Positions 9,093 to 16,783 of a DNA stretch of 64,000 bases are shown piece after piece. This stretch comes from Verrucomicrobiota bacterium. GTDB taxonomy: Bacteria > Verrucomicrobiota > Verrucomicrobiia > Limisphaerales > UBA11320. The stretch is taken from NCBI GenBank assembly GCA_016199985.1, contig JACQFQ010000011.1, forward strand, positions 28,168 to 92,167. The letters run 5' to 3'. The notes under the pieces are model-generated. The model saw only the letters and a list, made by a program, of their open reading frames with translations. It searched no databases and was not told the origin of the DNA. The position numbers and the translations under genes are program-made. Every line of letters begins with the position of its first letter. Position 1 is the first letter of the stretch.

Positions 9093-9688
9093 AGTGTGTT
9101 CGGTTTCGAATTCGAAATTGTTCTTCACGGTGGCGCTGGCGATAGTGAGCGCAGGCATCGTCCTCTATGTTTTTGCGCGCTGGCAATCGAATGAAGAGGA
9201 GCGCCAGCGAATTGCCTCCATCCCAAGACCTGGCAGGATTGGATTCATCCCACTTTCTCCAGACGCCGACCCAACGTAAGCGGTGATCTCGCCTTTCAAT
9301 TACCCACAAGACGTACGGGTAAAAACCGGGGAATCTCCTAAGAAATGTATGTACATTGTAAATCAAATGTGATGTTTGACTCGGGATGCGACACGACTCA
9401 CGCTCCCGAAACTCAGGTTCCACCTCACCGGATCAACGGGTGATGGTGTCGTAACGTGCGACGCCGATGGAAGAAGCCGGGATCGGGCGCACATTTCCTC
9501 TGCTGTCATAACATATTCTTCCGAGTCGCGCGCATCCAGATCATAGCTGAAAGCGCGAGACGGTCCGTAGCGCCTCCTCGAAAACGACCATCACTCGTCT
9601 CAAAAACCTTCGCGCTTGCCCCCTTGTTACTTCCCATTATCTTGGCCAAGGTGGTTTTGCCTTTTTCCGAGAGAAATGGTTTTGCGTA

Positions 9689-10789
9689 TCAAGGCCGGAT
9701 ACGAAACCGTTCAATCCCGAGTTGCTTGCGGCGGATACTCACTGCAAGTTTCGTGCGGCCCAGTCGACGCGCCGTTTCGCTGTCTGGCATCGTGCCAAGC
9801 AGCTTATATTCGTCTGGTCTCCAAATACGCATTTGATGCGTCAAAGAGGGAATTCCGTTGATCGCTCGCTCTCCTCGGATCGACTGAATTGTGCGCCCGG
9901 ATAGTTTCGCCAATTCCCAGTCTCTCATCTTTCCCAGCAGATGGAACTCCTTGCTTCTGCCAACACGACGATTGGTGATCTTGATGCCAAGACGGCAGCG
10001 CCGGTGAACCACAGCCTGTTTCGAAACGTTAAGTTTTTTGGCGACTTGTTCGTCAGGTAATCTCCCCAGCAGCGCATCATCTTCCGGGGTCCACTTGTGG
10101 AGCAAGGCGCCCGTGTACGCAACACCCATTTCCAAACGCTTCCGTTCGATCGAACCACGAGCGCGCCCGGTTAATTGCGCAACCTCAATGTCGGAAACTT
10201 TTCCGAGAAGAGAAAGTTCAGCTTTGGTCCATCTGGGAAGTTTTGAATGCGTGTTTTCAATTCTCAGAATGATGCGGCGCCGACGCACACCACCCAGCGG
10301 ACGGCCGGTGCGGCGCGCCACCTCTTCATCATGATAGCGTCCCAAAAGTTGGTCTTCGCTTGCGGTCCAGGAACGCTGGATTTGCGCCAGATAATGTATG
10401 TTGAGTCGCCTGCGTTTAATCGAGACCGTCCCACGGCTAATATTAAATCTTTTGGCCACCACACTGTCCGGCTCCTTACCCAGAACCTTGATCATCTCCT
10501 TTGTCCAGGTCACCACACGATGTCCAAATCCGACAATGCCCAGGTGTTGGCGCTTGCGCGCGACTGACATTGACGTGCGTCCGAGAAGTTTCGCGATCTT
10601 GTCGTCGTAATCGGTCCCCACAAGCAGTTCCTCCCACGACATCCATTCTCTGGTAACCCTCCCCGCGCTTCGCAATATACGGCCCTGAGGCCTTCGATTA
10701 TTCCGAGACCATTCGCGTTTGATCATGCGCCGCAAATCGCGATCCGGCAGCGAATGGATATGGCCAAGAATTTTTTCTGAGGCAGTCAT
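9689..10789 (-). CDS. Protein built of seven tandem 46-aa GcrA-N/Myb(SANT)-like helix-turn-helix repeats
   Basis: Trp anchors fall at aa 49/52, 95, 141, 187, 233, (279) and 323. Each unit follows W-T-x-[ED]-x3-L-L-G-x3-D-x2-[VI]-A-x2-L-G-R-x4-[VI]-x2-R-R-x2-L-G-I, for example WTPEDDALLGRLPDEQVAKKLNVSKQAVVHRRCRLGI. Confidence 0.75.
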   Translation of the reverse strand: MTASEKILGHIHSLPDRDLRRMIKREWSRNNRRPQGRILRSAGRVTREWMSWEELLVGTDYDDKIAKLLGRTSMSVARKRQHLGIVGFGHRVVTWTKEMIKVLGKEPDSVVAKRFNISRGTVSIKRRRLNIHYLAQIQRSWTASEDQLLGRYHDEEVARRTGRPLGGVRRRRIILRIENTHSKLPRWTKAELSLLGKVSDIEVAQLTGRARGSIERKRLEMGVAYTGALLHKWTPEDDALLGRLPDEQVAKKLNVSKQAVVHRRCRLGIKITNRRVGRSKEFHLLGKMRDWELAKLSGRTIQSIRGERAINGIPSLTHQMRIWRPDEYKLLGTMPDSETARRLGRTKLAVSIRRKQLGIERFRIRP

Positions 10790-11227
10790 GTTGTCGTGGC
10801 GGAAATCTGAACGGACTTTTTGCGTCCCGCGAAGGTACCATGTCTCCTGTCAGGTTCAAGGTCGCAACTTCCTGTCCACTCTCCAAGGTTGCGCCTTCCT
10901 TGATGCTGTCGACAATGGGTCAGAAGATTGTTCGTCACCGCGGAGAGGCTTGTGTGGTCTGTTCGTGGAAAGGAGTCAGGCGAGACGACCGAGGGGAAGG
11001 TCGCTTTGCGAGCCATCGAGAGACTTGAGATCGTATTGCCGCGACAGAAGTTCAAGATGAACGCCCGCGATTATTCGATCGCTGAGGTCTTTGTGGTGGA
11101 TGTGCACGGCCATCGATCGCAGCTTCCAGTGGAACTGTGGCCCGGCGTGCATCACAGTCGGATCTCCACGGTCCTAAAGACCGAGATACCAAACCTGCAA
11201 GTGGTCGAGCGCCTAGCTGCCCTTTAA

Positions 11228-11250
11228 GGTTTCGCGCTCCGCGCGAAGCC
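11228..11250. terminator. Hairpin at the right edge of the low-GC islet, just downstream of the YaeQ-like stop
   Basis: ggtttcgcgc-tcc-gcgcgaagcc, a 10-bp stem with one G.U/mismatch position. It sits between convergent reading frames. Confidence 0.35.
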
Positions 11251-11799
11251 TCAGTGTTTGAGGAGGGCGAACGAGACGTCGAACCAGAGGCCGTTGAAAT
11301 CAAATTGCATCGCGGGGGGGTCGAAGCCGCCGGTCAGCCAGAAGAGCTCGTTGCGGGCGCGGACCATCCCGCACATCTCCTGGATCATCTCGGCGTCGAA
11401 GCCGATGATCTGATAGCGATCGGTTCGGAGCTCCTCTTTCTCAATGGACGCCAGAAGCGTCCGCGCCTCCTGCGGCGAGCCCTTCAGAATCCAGATCTCC
11501 GCCTCGGGCGCCTTCACCGCGAGCTTGTGCAGCTTGTTCACGCCGCAATCGCCGCACTCAATCCAAAGGAGCGGTCGCAGCGTGTAGTCGAGCTGAACCA
11601 GGTCGGGCTCGAAGGGGATGCTGTCATTGTGGACCTTGCCCTCCACCTCCAATCGTTCGCGATAAAAGAGGACGAAGCCGAGGAGCTTCAGCACGGTGTG
11701 GCGCGCGCTCTCGTTCTCATTCTGGCCGATGATCAGCTTGTGAGGCAGAGGCCGGCGTCGATCCTCGCTGCGGAATTCGAAGATGAACTTGTTGCTCAC
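11251..11799 (-). CDS. YaeQ-family (PD-(D/E)xK-fold) protein
   Basis: 182 aa from GTG 11799, close to E. coli YaeQ (181 aa). Similar segments are NENESARHTVLKLLGFVLFYRERLEVE (compare [26 protein letters not shown]) and FEPDL...LLWIECG (compare DEPEAW...DLWIELG). The GTG overlaps the upstream stop (GTGA). Confidence 0.6.
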   Translation of the reverse strand: MSNKFIFEFRSEDRRRPLPHKLIIGQNENESARHTVLKLLGFVLFYRERLEVEGKVHNDSIPFEPDLVQLDYTLRPLLWIECGDCGVNKLHKLAVKAPEAEIWILKGSPQEARTLLASIEKEELRTDRYQIIGFDAEMIQEMCGMVRARNELFWLTGGFDPPAMQFDFNGLWFDVSFALLKH

Positions 11800-13070
11800 G
11801 GATCCACCTGCACCGGCAGCCCAATCCAGGCGATCCGGACGAGCTGTTCGGCGTTCCAGTTCGCGAGGCGGAAGCATCCGTGCGATTCGGTGCGTCCGAC
11901 CTGCTCCGGGTTGGGCGTTCCGTGAATGCCGTATCCGGGACGATCGAGGCTGATCCACGCCGCGCCGACCGGGTTGTTCGGCCCGGGCTGGAGGACCAGT
12001 TTTCGCTTGAGCTCGCGCGCCTCCTCAGACTCCGGGAAGACGTCGGGGTTGAAGGTGTAGTTCGGATTCACCGCCACCTTCTCGACATGCAGCTCGCCGA
12101 CGGGCCGCTTTTCCTTGTCGCGCGCGATGCTGCAGGGGAAGTGCAGCATGAGCTTTCCGTCGGCGTCGAAGGCCTGGAGCGTCTTGTTGCCCAGGGAAAT
12201 CTTCACGACCGCCGGCCGGCCCTTGAGCGGCGGACGATCGGGGTTCGGAACAACGAGTGTCGCGCCGGCCTCCATATGGTCCCAGTCCACCGCGGGATTC
12301 AGCTGCTTGATCAGCGCGGGGTGGGACTGTGATTTCTCGGCGACCAGCTCCAACACGCTTTCGTAGTCCATGCGATCCTGCTCCGATTTCGCGAGCCAGG
12401 TCTTGGCGAGGGGACGAAGCCGGGCGAGGTCGTCGGGCAGCACGAGGTAGAGCGAGGTCAGCTCGACATCGAGGGCGAGGGCGCGCTGTGTCGCCGCGTC
12501 GAGGATCCCGCTCGCGGGGAGCCCTTCTCGCTCCTGAAACGCCCGGAGCGCGCTCCGGGTTTGCGAGCCGTGCTTGCCGTCGAGGGATCCGGGCGATATC
12601 CCGTGTCGCGCGAGGGAAAGCTGAACGCTGAGCATGTCCTTCAGCGGCCCGGCCGCGGCCGCCGCGCTCCCCTCGACTGCCCCCGGCGCCGCGGCGTTCG
12701 TGCCCCCGGCCGCGGGAGGCGGGCGATTGCTGCGAATCACGACAACGCCCAGCTCATTGCTCGCCCCCGGAGTGAGGTCAAGCGGGGCGGCGGGCTGTTG
12801 ACGAGCCGGCGGTTCCTTCGTGGAGGTTGAAGGGTTCGAGGCGGCGCCGGGGCCCGAGGTTTCGCGCTTGGGCTTCTGTTCCGCCCCGGGAGGCTGGGCT
12901 TGCAGGACGGGTGGAGTGGAGACGGGGAGGTCTTCGGATGAGGGCGACGGGCTTCGCTGCAGCCAGATCCAGCCCAGAACCGAGAGCGCCACCACTCCGA
13001 GGAGCCACCAGCGGGCGTCGCCGGCTTCGAGGCGTCTGACATTGCGAATGGTGGAGCGTTTGCGCAGCAC
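11796..13070 (-). CDS. L,D-transpeptidase with peptidoglycan-binding domain
   Basis: PG_binding_1-like HGSQTRSALRAFQEREGLPASGILDAATQRAL. YkuD catalytic motif GYGIHGTPNPEQVGRTESHGCFRL. N-terminal membrane anchor. Confidence 0.9.
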   Translation of the reverse strand: MLRKRSTIRNVRRLEAGDARWWLLGVVALSVLGWIWLQRSPSPSSEDLPVSTPPVLQAQPPGAEQKPKRETSGPGAASNPSTSTKEPPARQQPAAPLDLTPGASNELGVVVIRSNRPPPAAGGTNAAAPGAVEGSAAAAAGPLKDMLSVQLSLARHGISPGSLDGKHGSQTRSALRAFQEREGLPASGILDAATQRALALDVELTSLYLVLPDDLARLRPLAKTWLAKSEQDRMDYESVLELVAEKSQSHPALIKQLNPAVDWDHMEAGATLVVPNPDRPPLKGRPAVVKISLGNKTLQAFDADGKLMLHFPCSIARDKEKRPVGELHVEKVAVNPNYTFNPDVFPESEEARELKRKLVLQPGPNNPVGAAWISLDRPGYGIHGTPNPEQVGRTESHGCFRLANWNAEQLVRIAWIGLPVQVDP

Positions 13071-13206
13071 GGATCGAGCCTACTCATTGGCGGGATCGGC
13101 GGCAACCCATCCGGAGGGACAATTTCATCGCCGCGCGTCTTTTTCGCTATGACTTTCCTTCGCCTTGTGAGAAACAAATCGACACTTTCAACAAACGACT
13201 CTGCGT

Positions 13207-14250
13207 ATGAGCATCAAAGCAAATAACTTTCCAAAGCTTCACAACGCGATGTGGCCAGGCTTGGTGGGCAAAGGGTCCCCGGGCGCCGAGCCGAGCATCG
13301 ATCTGGACACCATGCTCGACCTCACCGCGAAGGCTGAGGTCAATGGCGCGCGCTTCGATGGCGTCGACCTGTTTCTCTACGATCCGCACGTGAGCATCGA
13401 CATCACGGACGACGGCATCAAGGCGCTGGCGACGAAGGTCGCCTCGAAGGGGTTCGTCGTGGGGTCGGTGGTGGCGCCGGTGTGGTTCGACGGCTCCGCG
13501 ATGGGCGACGAAACGAAGCGGAAGAACTGGCTCGAGGCCGTTCGCAAAGCCTGCCGCATCGCCCAGAAGCTGCGACAGCTCAAGATCCGTCCTCACGGCA
13601 TCGTCCGCATCGACTCCGCCGCCGGCGTCCACGATTGGGCCAAGGATCCGAAGAACAACACCAAGCTCATCGCCAGGACATTCAAGGAGGGCGGCAAGAT
13701 CGCCAAGGACCACGGCGAGCGTCTGGCGGCCGAGGGCGAGATTTGCTGGGGCGCGATGCACAGCTGGAAATACATGATTCAGCTGCTCGAGGAAGTGGGC
13801 CAGCCCAAACTGGTCGGATTCCAGGCCGACATGGCGCACACGCTCCTCTATACGCTCGGATACAACGCCCCCGAGCACCGGATCGTTCCCGAGAAGTTCA
13901 ACTGGGAGCCCGAGAAATTCCACGCCGCGATGAAGAAGCTCACCAAGGCGCTGCGGCCCTGGACGCTCGATTTCCACGTCGCTCAAAACGACGCCACGGT
14001 CAAGGGCTCGGGGTCGCATGACAAAACGGGACGTCACTGCCTGGCGACCGATCCCAACGGCAAGCTCAACATAGCCCGCGACGCCGGATACTGGATGCGC
14101 GACGACGCCGGCAAGGTGACCAAGAAGTTCCGCCACATCTGCTGGGACGGATGCATGTTTCCCAACGACGTGATGATGAAGCAGCAGACCTGGAACGACA
14201 TCCTGGCGTCGATGATTCAAGTGCGGGAGAATCACGGCTGGCACGAGTGA
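13207..14250 (+). CDS. Sugar phosphate isomerase/epimerase (xylose-isomerase-like TIM barrel) family protein
   Basis: 347-aa ORF with the overall pattern of the AP-endonuclease-2/xylose-isomerase-like TIM-barrel family. Assignment is by general resemblance only. Confidence 0.65.
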   Translation: MSIKANNFPKLHNAMWPGLVGKGSPGAEPSIDLDTMLDLTAKAEVNGARFDGVDLFLYDPHVSIDITDDGIKALATKVASKGFVVGSVVAPVWFDGSAMGDETKRKNWLEAVRKACRIAQKLRQLKIRPHGIVRIDSAAGVHDWAKDPKNNTKLIARTFKEGGKIAKDHGERLAAEGEICWGAMHSWKYMIQLLEEVGQPKLVGFQADMAHTLLYTLGYNAPEHRIVPEKFNWEPEKFHAAMKKLTKALRPWTLDFHVAQNDATVKGSGSHDKTGRHCLATDPNGKLNIARDAGYWMRDDAGKVTKKFRHICWDGCMFPNDVMMKQQTWNDILASMIQVRENHGWHE

Positions 14251-15158
14251 GCGCCACCGCCTTTCACCGCCTGCAACAGGGCGTCTTCCCGGCGCTCTGG
14301 ACACCGACGGACCAAAACGGACGGCTCCTGGAGCCGGAGTTCGCCCGTTTCATTGACTTCGGCATTCGGAGCGGGGTCAGCGGATTCATGGTGCTGGGGA
14401 CCACGGGCGAGTTCCCTCACCTTGAGGTCTCGGAGCGAAAGCGCGTCGTCGAAGCGGCCCGATCGCGCGCGGGCGGTCTTCCGCTCATGGTGAACATCAG
14501 CGACATTCGCCCGCGGGTCGTCGCGGAGCTGGGGAGATTCTGCAAAGACCTCGGCGTGGACGCCATCTCGCTGCTCCCCCCCTACTACTTCACCCTCTCG
14601 CAGGAAGACCTCCTGGAGTTTTTCCTCCGTTCCGCGGAGGCGGCCGGGCTTCCCGCGTTTCTCTATAACTTTCCCGAGCGCGTTGGTTATAGGATCTCGC
14701 TCGAAACCGCCGCGGCGTTCGCCGATCGCGCCCCGATGCTCGGGATCAAGCAGAGCGGCGCCGAGTTCGCCTACCATCAGGAGCTCGTCGCCCTCGGACG
14801 GCAGAAGCATTTCGTCGTGTTCACGGGCAGCGACACCGCGCTTCCCGAAGCGATGGCGCTGGGAGTCGTCGGCACGGTGAGCGGGCTGTCCAACGCCCTG
14901 GCGGATCTGGTGGTGAAGGTTTATCAAGGGGTGTCGCAGGGCAGGGGACGCGCGGAGATTCCCGAGGCGGCCTGGCTGACGGAGATTGAGGGCAAGCTGT
15001 CGGCGATGGAGTTTCCCTTCAACGTGGGCGCGGCTCTCGCCGCGCGCGGATTCGATCTCGGCGCTTCCAAGATGCTGGCGTCGGTCGCCAGTCTCTCGCG
15101 CTTCGAGCGGCTGAAGGCGGAGTTCCAGGCGCTCTACTCAAAATGGAATCTCCTCTAG
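14247..15158 (+). CDS. Dihydrodipicolinate synthase/N-acetylneuraminate lyase (DapA) family lyase
   Basis: FPALWTPTDQNGRLLEPEF...GVSGFMVLGTTGEFPHLEVSERKRVVEAA...GIKQSG, which carries the Schiff-base Lys context. GTG 14247 overlaps the upstream stop (GTGA). Confidence 0.85.
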   Translation: MSATAFHRLQQGVFPALWTPTDQNGRLLEPEFARFIDFGIRSGVSGFMVLGTTGEFPHLEVSERKRVVEAARSRAGGLPLMVNISDIRPRVVAELGRFCKDLGVDAISLLPPYYFTLSQEDLLEFFLRSAEAAGLPAFLYNFPERVGYRISLETAAAFADRAPMLGIKQSGAEFAYHQELVALGRQKHFVVFTGSDTALPEAMALGVVGTVSGLSNALADLVVKVYQGVSQGRGRAEIPEAAWLTEIEGKLSAMEFPFNVGAALAARGFDLGASKMLASVASLSRFERLKAEFQALYSKWNLL

Positions 15159-16453
15159 CCGCGTCCGCCGACTCTCGTGCGCGTGATCGTCGGTACGCGT
15201 GGTGGGTGGTGGCGATGTTGTGGGGGGTTTGTTTCTTCAACTACGCGGACCGCCAGGCCATCAGCGCCGTCTCCAAGCCCCTCCAGCAGGAGTTCGGCTT
15301 CAGCGAGACCCAGCTGGGGGATATCGGCTCCGCGTTCATGTGGGTCTACGCCCTCGGGGCGCCCTTCGCGGGACTGATCTGCGATCGCTTTCGCCGCGTT
15401 CATCTCATTCTGGGGGGCTGCCTCTTCTGGAGTTTTATCACCCTGCTCACGGGCGCCTGCGGGGAGTTCTGGCACTTCGTCGCGGTGCGCGCGCTCGAAG
15501 GCCTGGGCGAGACGTTTTACTTTCCGGCGTCGATGGCGCTGGTCAGCGACTACCATTCGCCCGCCACGCGATCGCGGGCGATGGCGATTCATCAATCCAG
15601 CGTCTACGCGGGGACGATCCTGGGCAGCGCGATGGGGGCCTGGTTCGCGGCGCATCACGGATGGCGCTCGGGATTTTATATCTTCGGCGGAGCGGGGATG
15701 CTTCTGGCCGCCGTCCTCTACTCCTTCCTCCGCGAGCCGCAGCGCGGCGCGAGCGAGACAAGCCCCGTTCAACACAAGCCTCGCGCGGACGCGATTCCAT
15801 GGACGCAGAGTTTTCGGGCCGTGTTTCGCACGCGGACGGCCCTGGTCCTGATGCTTGTTTTCGCGGGCGCGAACGCGGTGGCCGGCGTTTTTCTGTTTTG
15901 GACTCCCAAGTTTTTGATCGAGAAGTTCCATCTGACATTAACCACCGCGGGGCTGAGCGGCACGGTGTTCATCCACCTCGCGAGCGCGGTTTCGGTTCCG
16001 CTCGCGGGATGGGGCGCGGATTGGCTTTCGAGCCGACGGGCGGGCGGGCGGCTCTGGGTCCAGTGCGCCGGGTTGCTCGCGGGCGCCTTGTTTATCGCCA
16101 CGGTGGGCCTGACACAAACGCAGTCGACTTTGCTCTACGCGATGGTCGGCTTCGGCTTGTGCAAGGGCTTGTATGACTCCGGGATTTTCGCGTCGCTCTA
16201 CGATGTTGTGACGCCCGAAGCCCGCGCCACAGCCGCCGGACTCATGAACACGCTCGGCTGGCTGGGTGGCGCTCTCGGGACGAAGATGGCGGGGTGGTAC
16301 GCCGACAACGGCTCCTACGGGAGCAAGATCGACAATATGAGCCACTACATCGCCTGGGGCAGCGCGCCCTACGCGGCTGGAGGCCTCCTGCTCCTGCTGG
16401 TGGCCCTCTTTTGGGCCAAGCGGGACATGCCGTTGGCAAGAGTCGCAAAATGA
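15143..16453 (+). CDS. MFS transporter
   Basis: 436 aa with ~12 predicted hydrophobic helices. N-terminal FFNYADRQAISAV and loop motifs typical of the MFS/ACS-like family. Confidence 0.9.
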   Translation: MESPLAASADSRARDRRYAWWVVAMLWGVCFFNYADRQAISAVSKPLQQEFGFSETQLGDIGSAFMWVYALGAPFAGLICDRFRRVHLILGGCLFWSFITLLTGACGEFWHFVAVRALEGLGETFYFPASMALVSDYHSPATRSRAMAIHQSSVYAGTILGSAMGAWFAAHHGWRSGFYIFGGAGMLLAAVLYSFLREPQRGASETSPVQHKPRADAIPWTQSFRAVFRTRTALVLMLVFAGANAVAGVFLFWTPKFLIEKFHLTLTTAGLSGTVFIHLASAVSVPLAGWGADWLSSRRAGGRLWVQCAGLLAGALFIATVGLTQTQSTLLYAMVGFGLCKGLYDSGIFASLYDVVTPEARATAAGLMNTLGWLGGALGTKMAGWYADNGSYGSKIDNMSHYIAWGSAPYAAGGLLLLLVALFWAKRDMPLARVAK

Positions 16454-16490
16454 GCGCTTCCCCCGGGACCTCAATTCGCCCTCTCGCGCC

Positions 16491-16540
16491 TGCGCAGCGC
16501 TTGCGCACCGGGCTTGTCCCGCTTGCGCAATCCATGCGCG
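16491..16540. promoter_or_regulatory. Phased array of palindromic TGCGCA hexamers (candidate enhancer/UAS)
   Basis: TGCGCA occurs at 16491, 16502 and 16524, and TGCGCG at 16535. Spacings are 11, 22 and 11 bp, so all sit on the same helical face. The array is 250-290 bp upstream of the first gene of the secretion operon. Confidence 0.25.
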
Positions 16541-16682
16541 GAGGACCGTGTGGCTTGCGTCTCCGCCGGATTCGCGGTTCCTCTGGCGACCTCTTGAGAA
16601 CCCTAGTGTTCGTTGACCCTTTGCTTCAGTTATGGGCTTTCGCTTGGGAGTTGGCCTTCGTCATAGAGTCTCTTCACTCCAC

Positions 16683-16698
16683 TGGTATGCCATCTGCT
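16683..16698 (+). promoter_or_regulatory. Candidate sigma-54 (-24/-12) promoter
   Basis: TGGTATGccatCTGCT has GG at 16684-85 and GC at 16696-97, which is the canonical spacing of TGGCACG-N4-TTGCW. It lies ~85 nt upstream of ATG 16784. Confidence 0.3.
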
Positions 16699-16783
16699 AA
16701 GCCGGTCCGCCTAGCTTCAGGGACCGAGCCACGGTGGCTTGTGTTGGCCTGAGGCTAAAAACAACAACGCTTCAGCAGCAAAT

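Noticed and set aside
9001-9279. Plus-strand ORF encoding a small single-TM protein (..KLFFTVALAIVSAGIVLYVFARW..), partly overlapping the minus-strand lipoprotein ORF.
   Set aside because: A GTG at 9094 could make a 61-aa TM protein divergent from the lipoprotein, but there is no ATG and no recognisable family. I could not decide from sequence alone, so it is left unannotated.
9509-9688. A Walker-A-like 'GKGKTTLAK' string on the minus strand, suggesting a P-loop ATPase remnant.
   Set aside because: There is no Walker B or other NTPase context. The stretch is in frame with, and aligns to, the 46-aa HTH repeat of the upstream gene, so it is better explained as a decayed repeat. It is reported as a finding in that sense.
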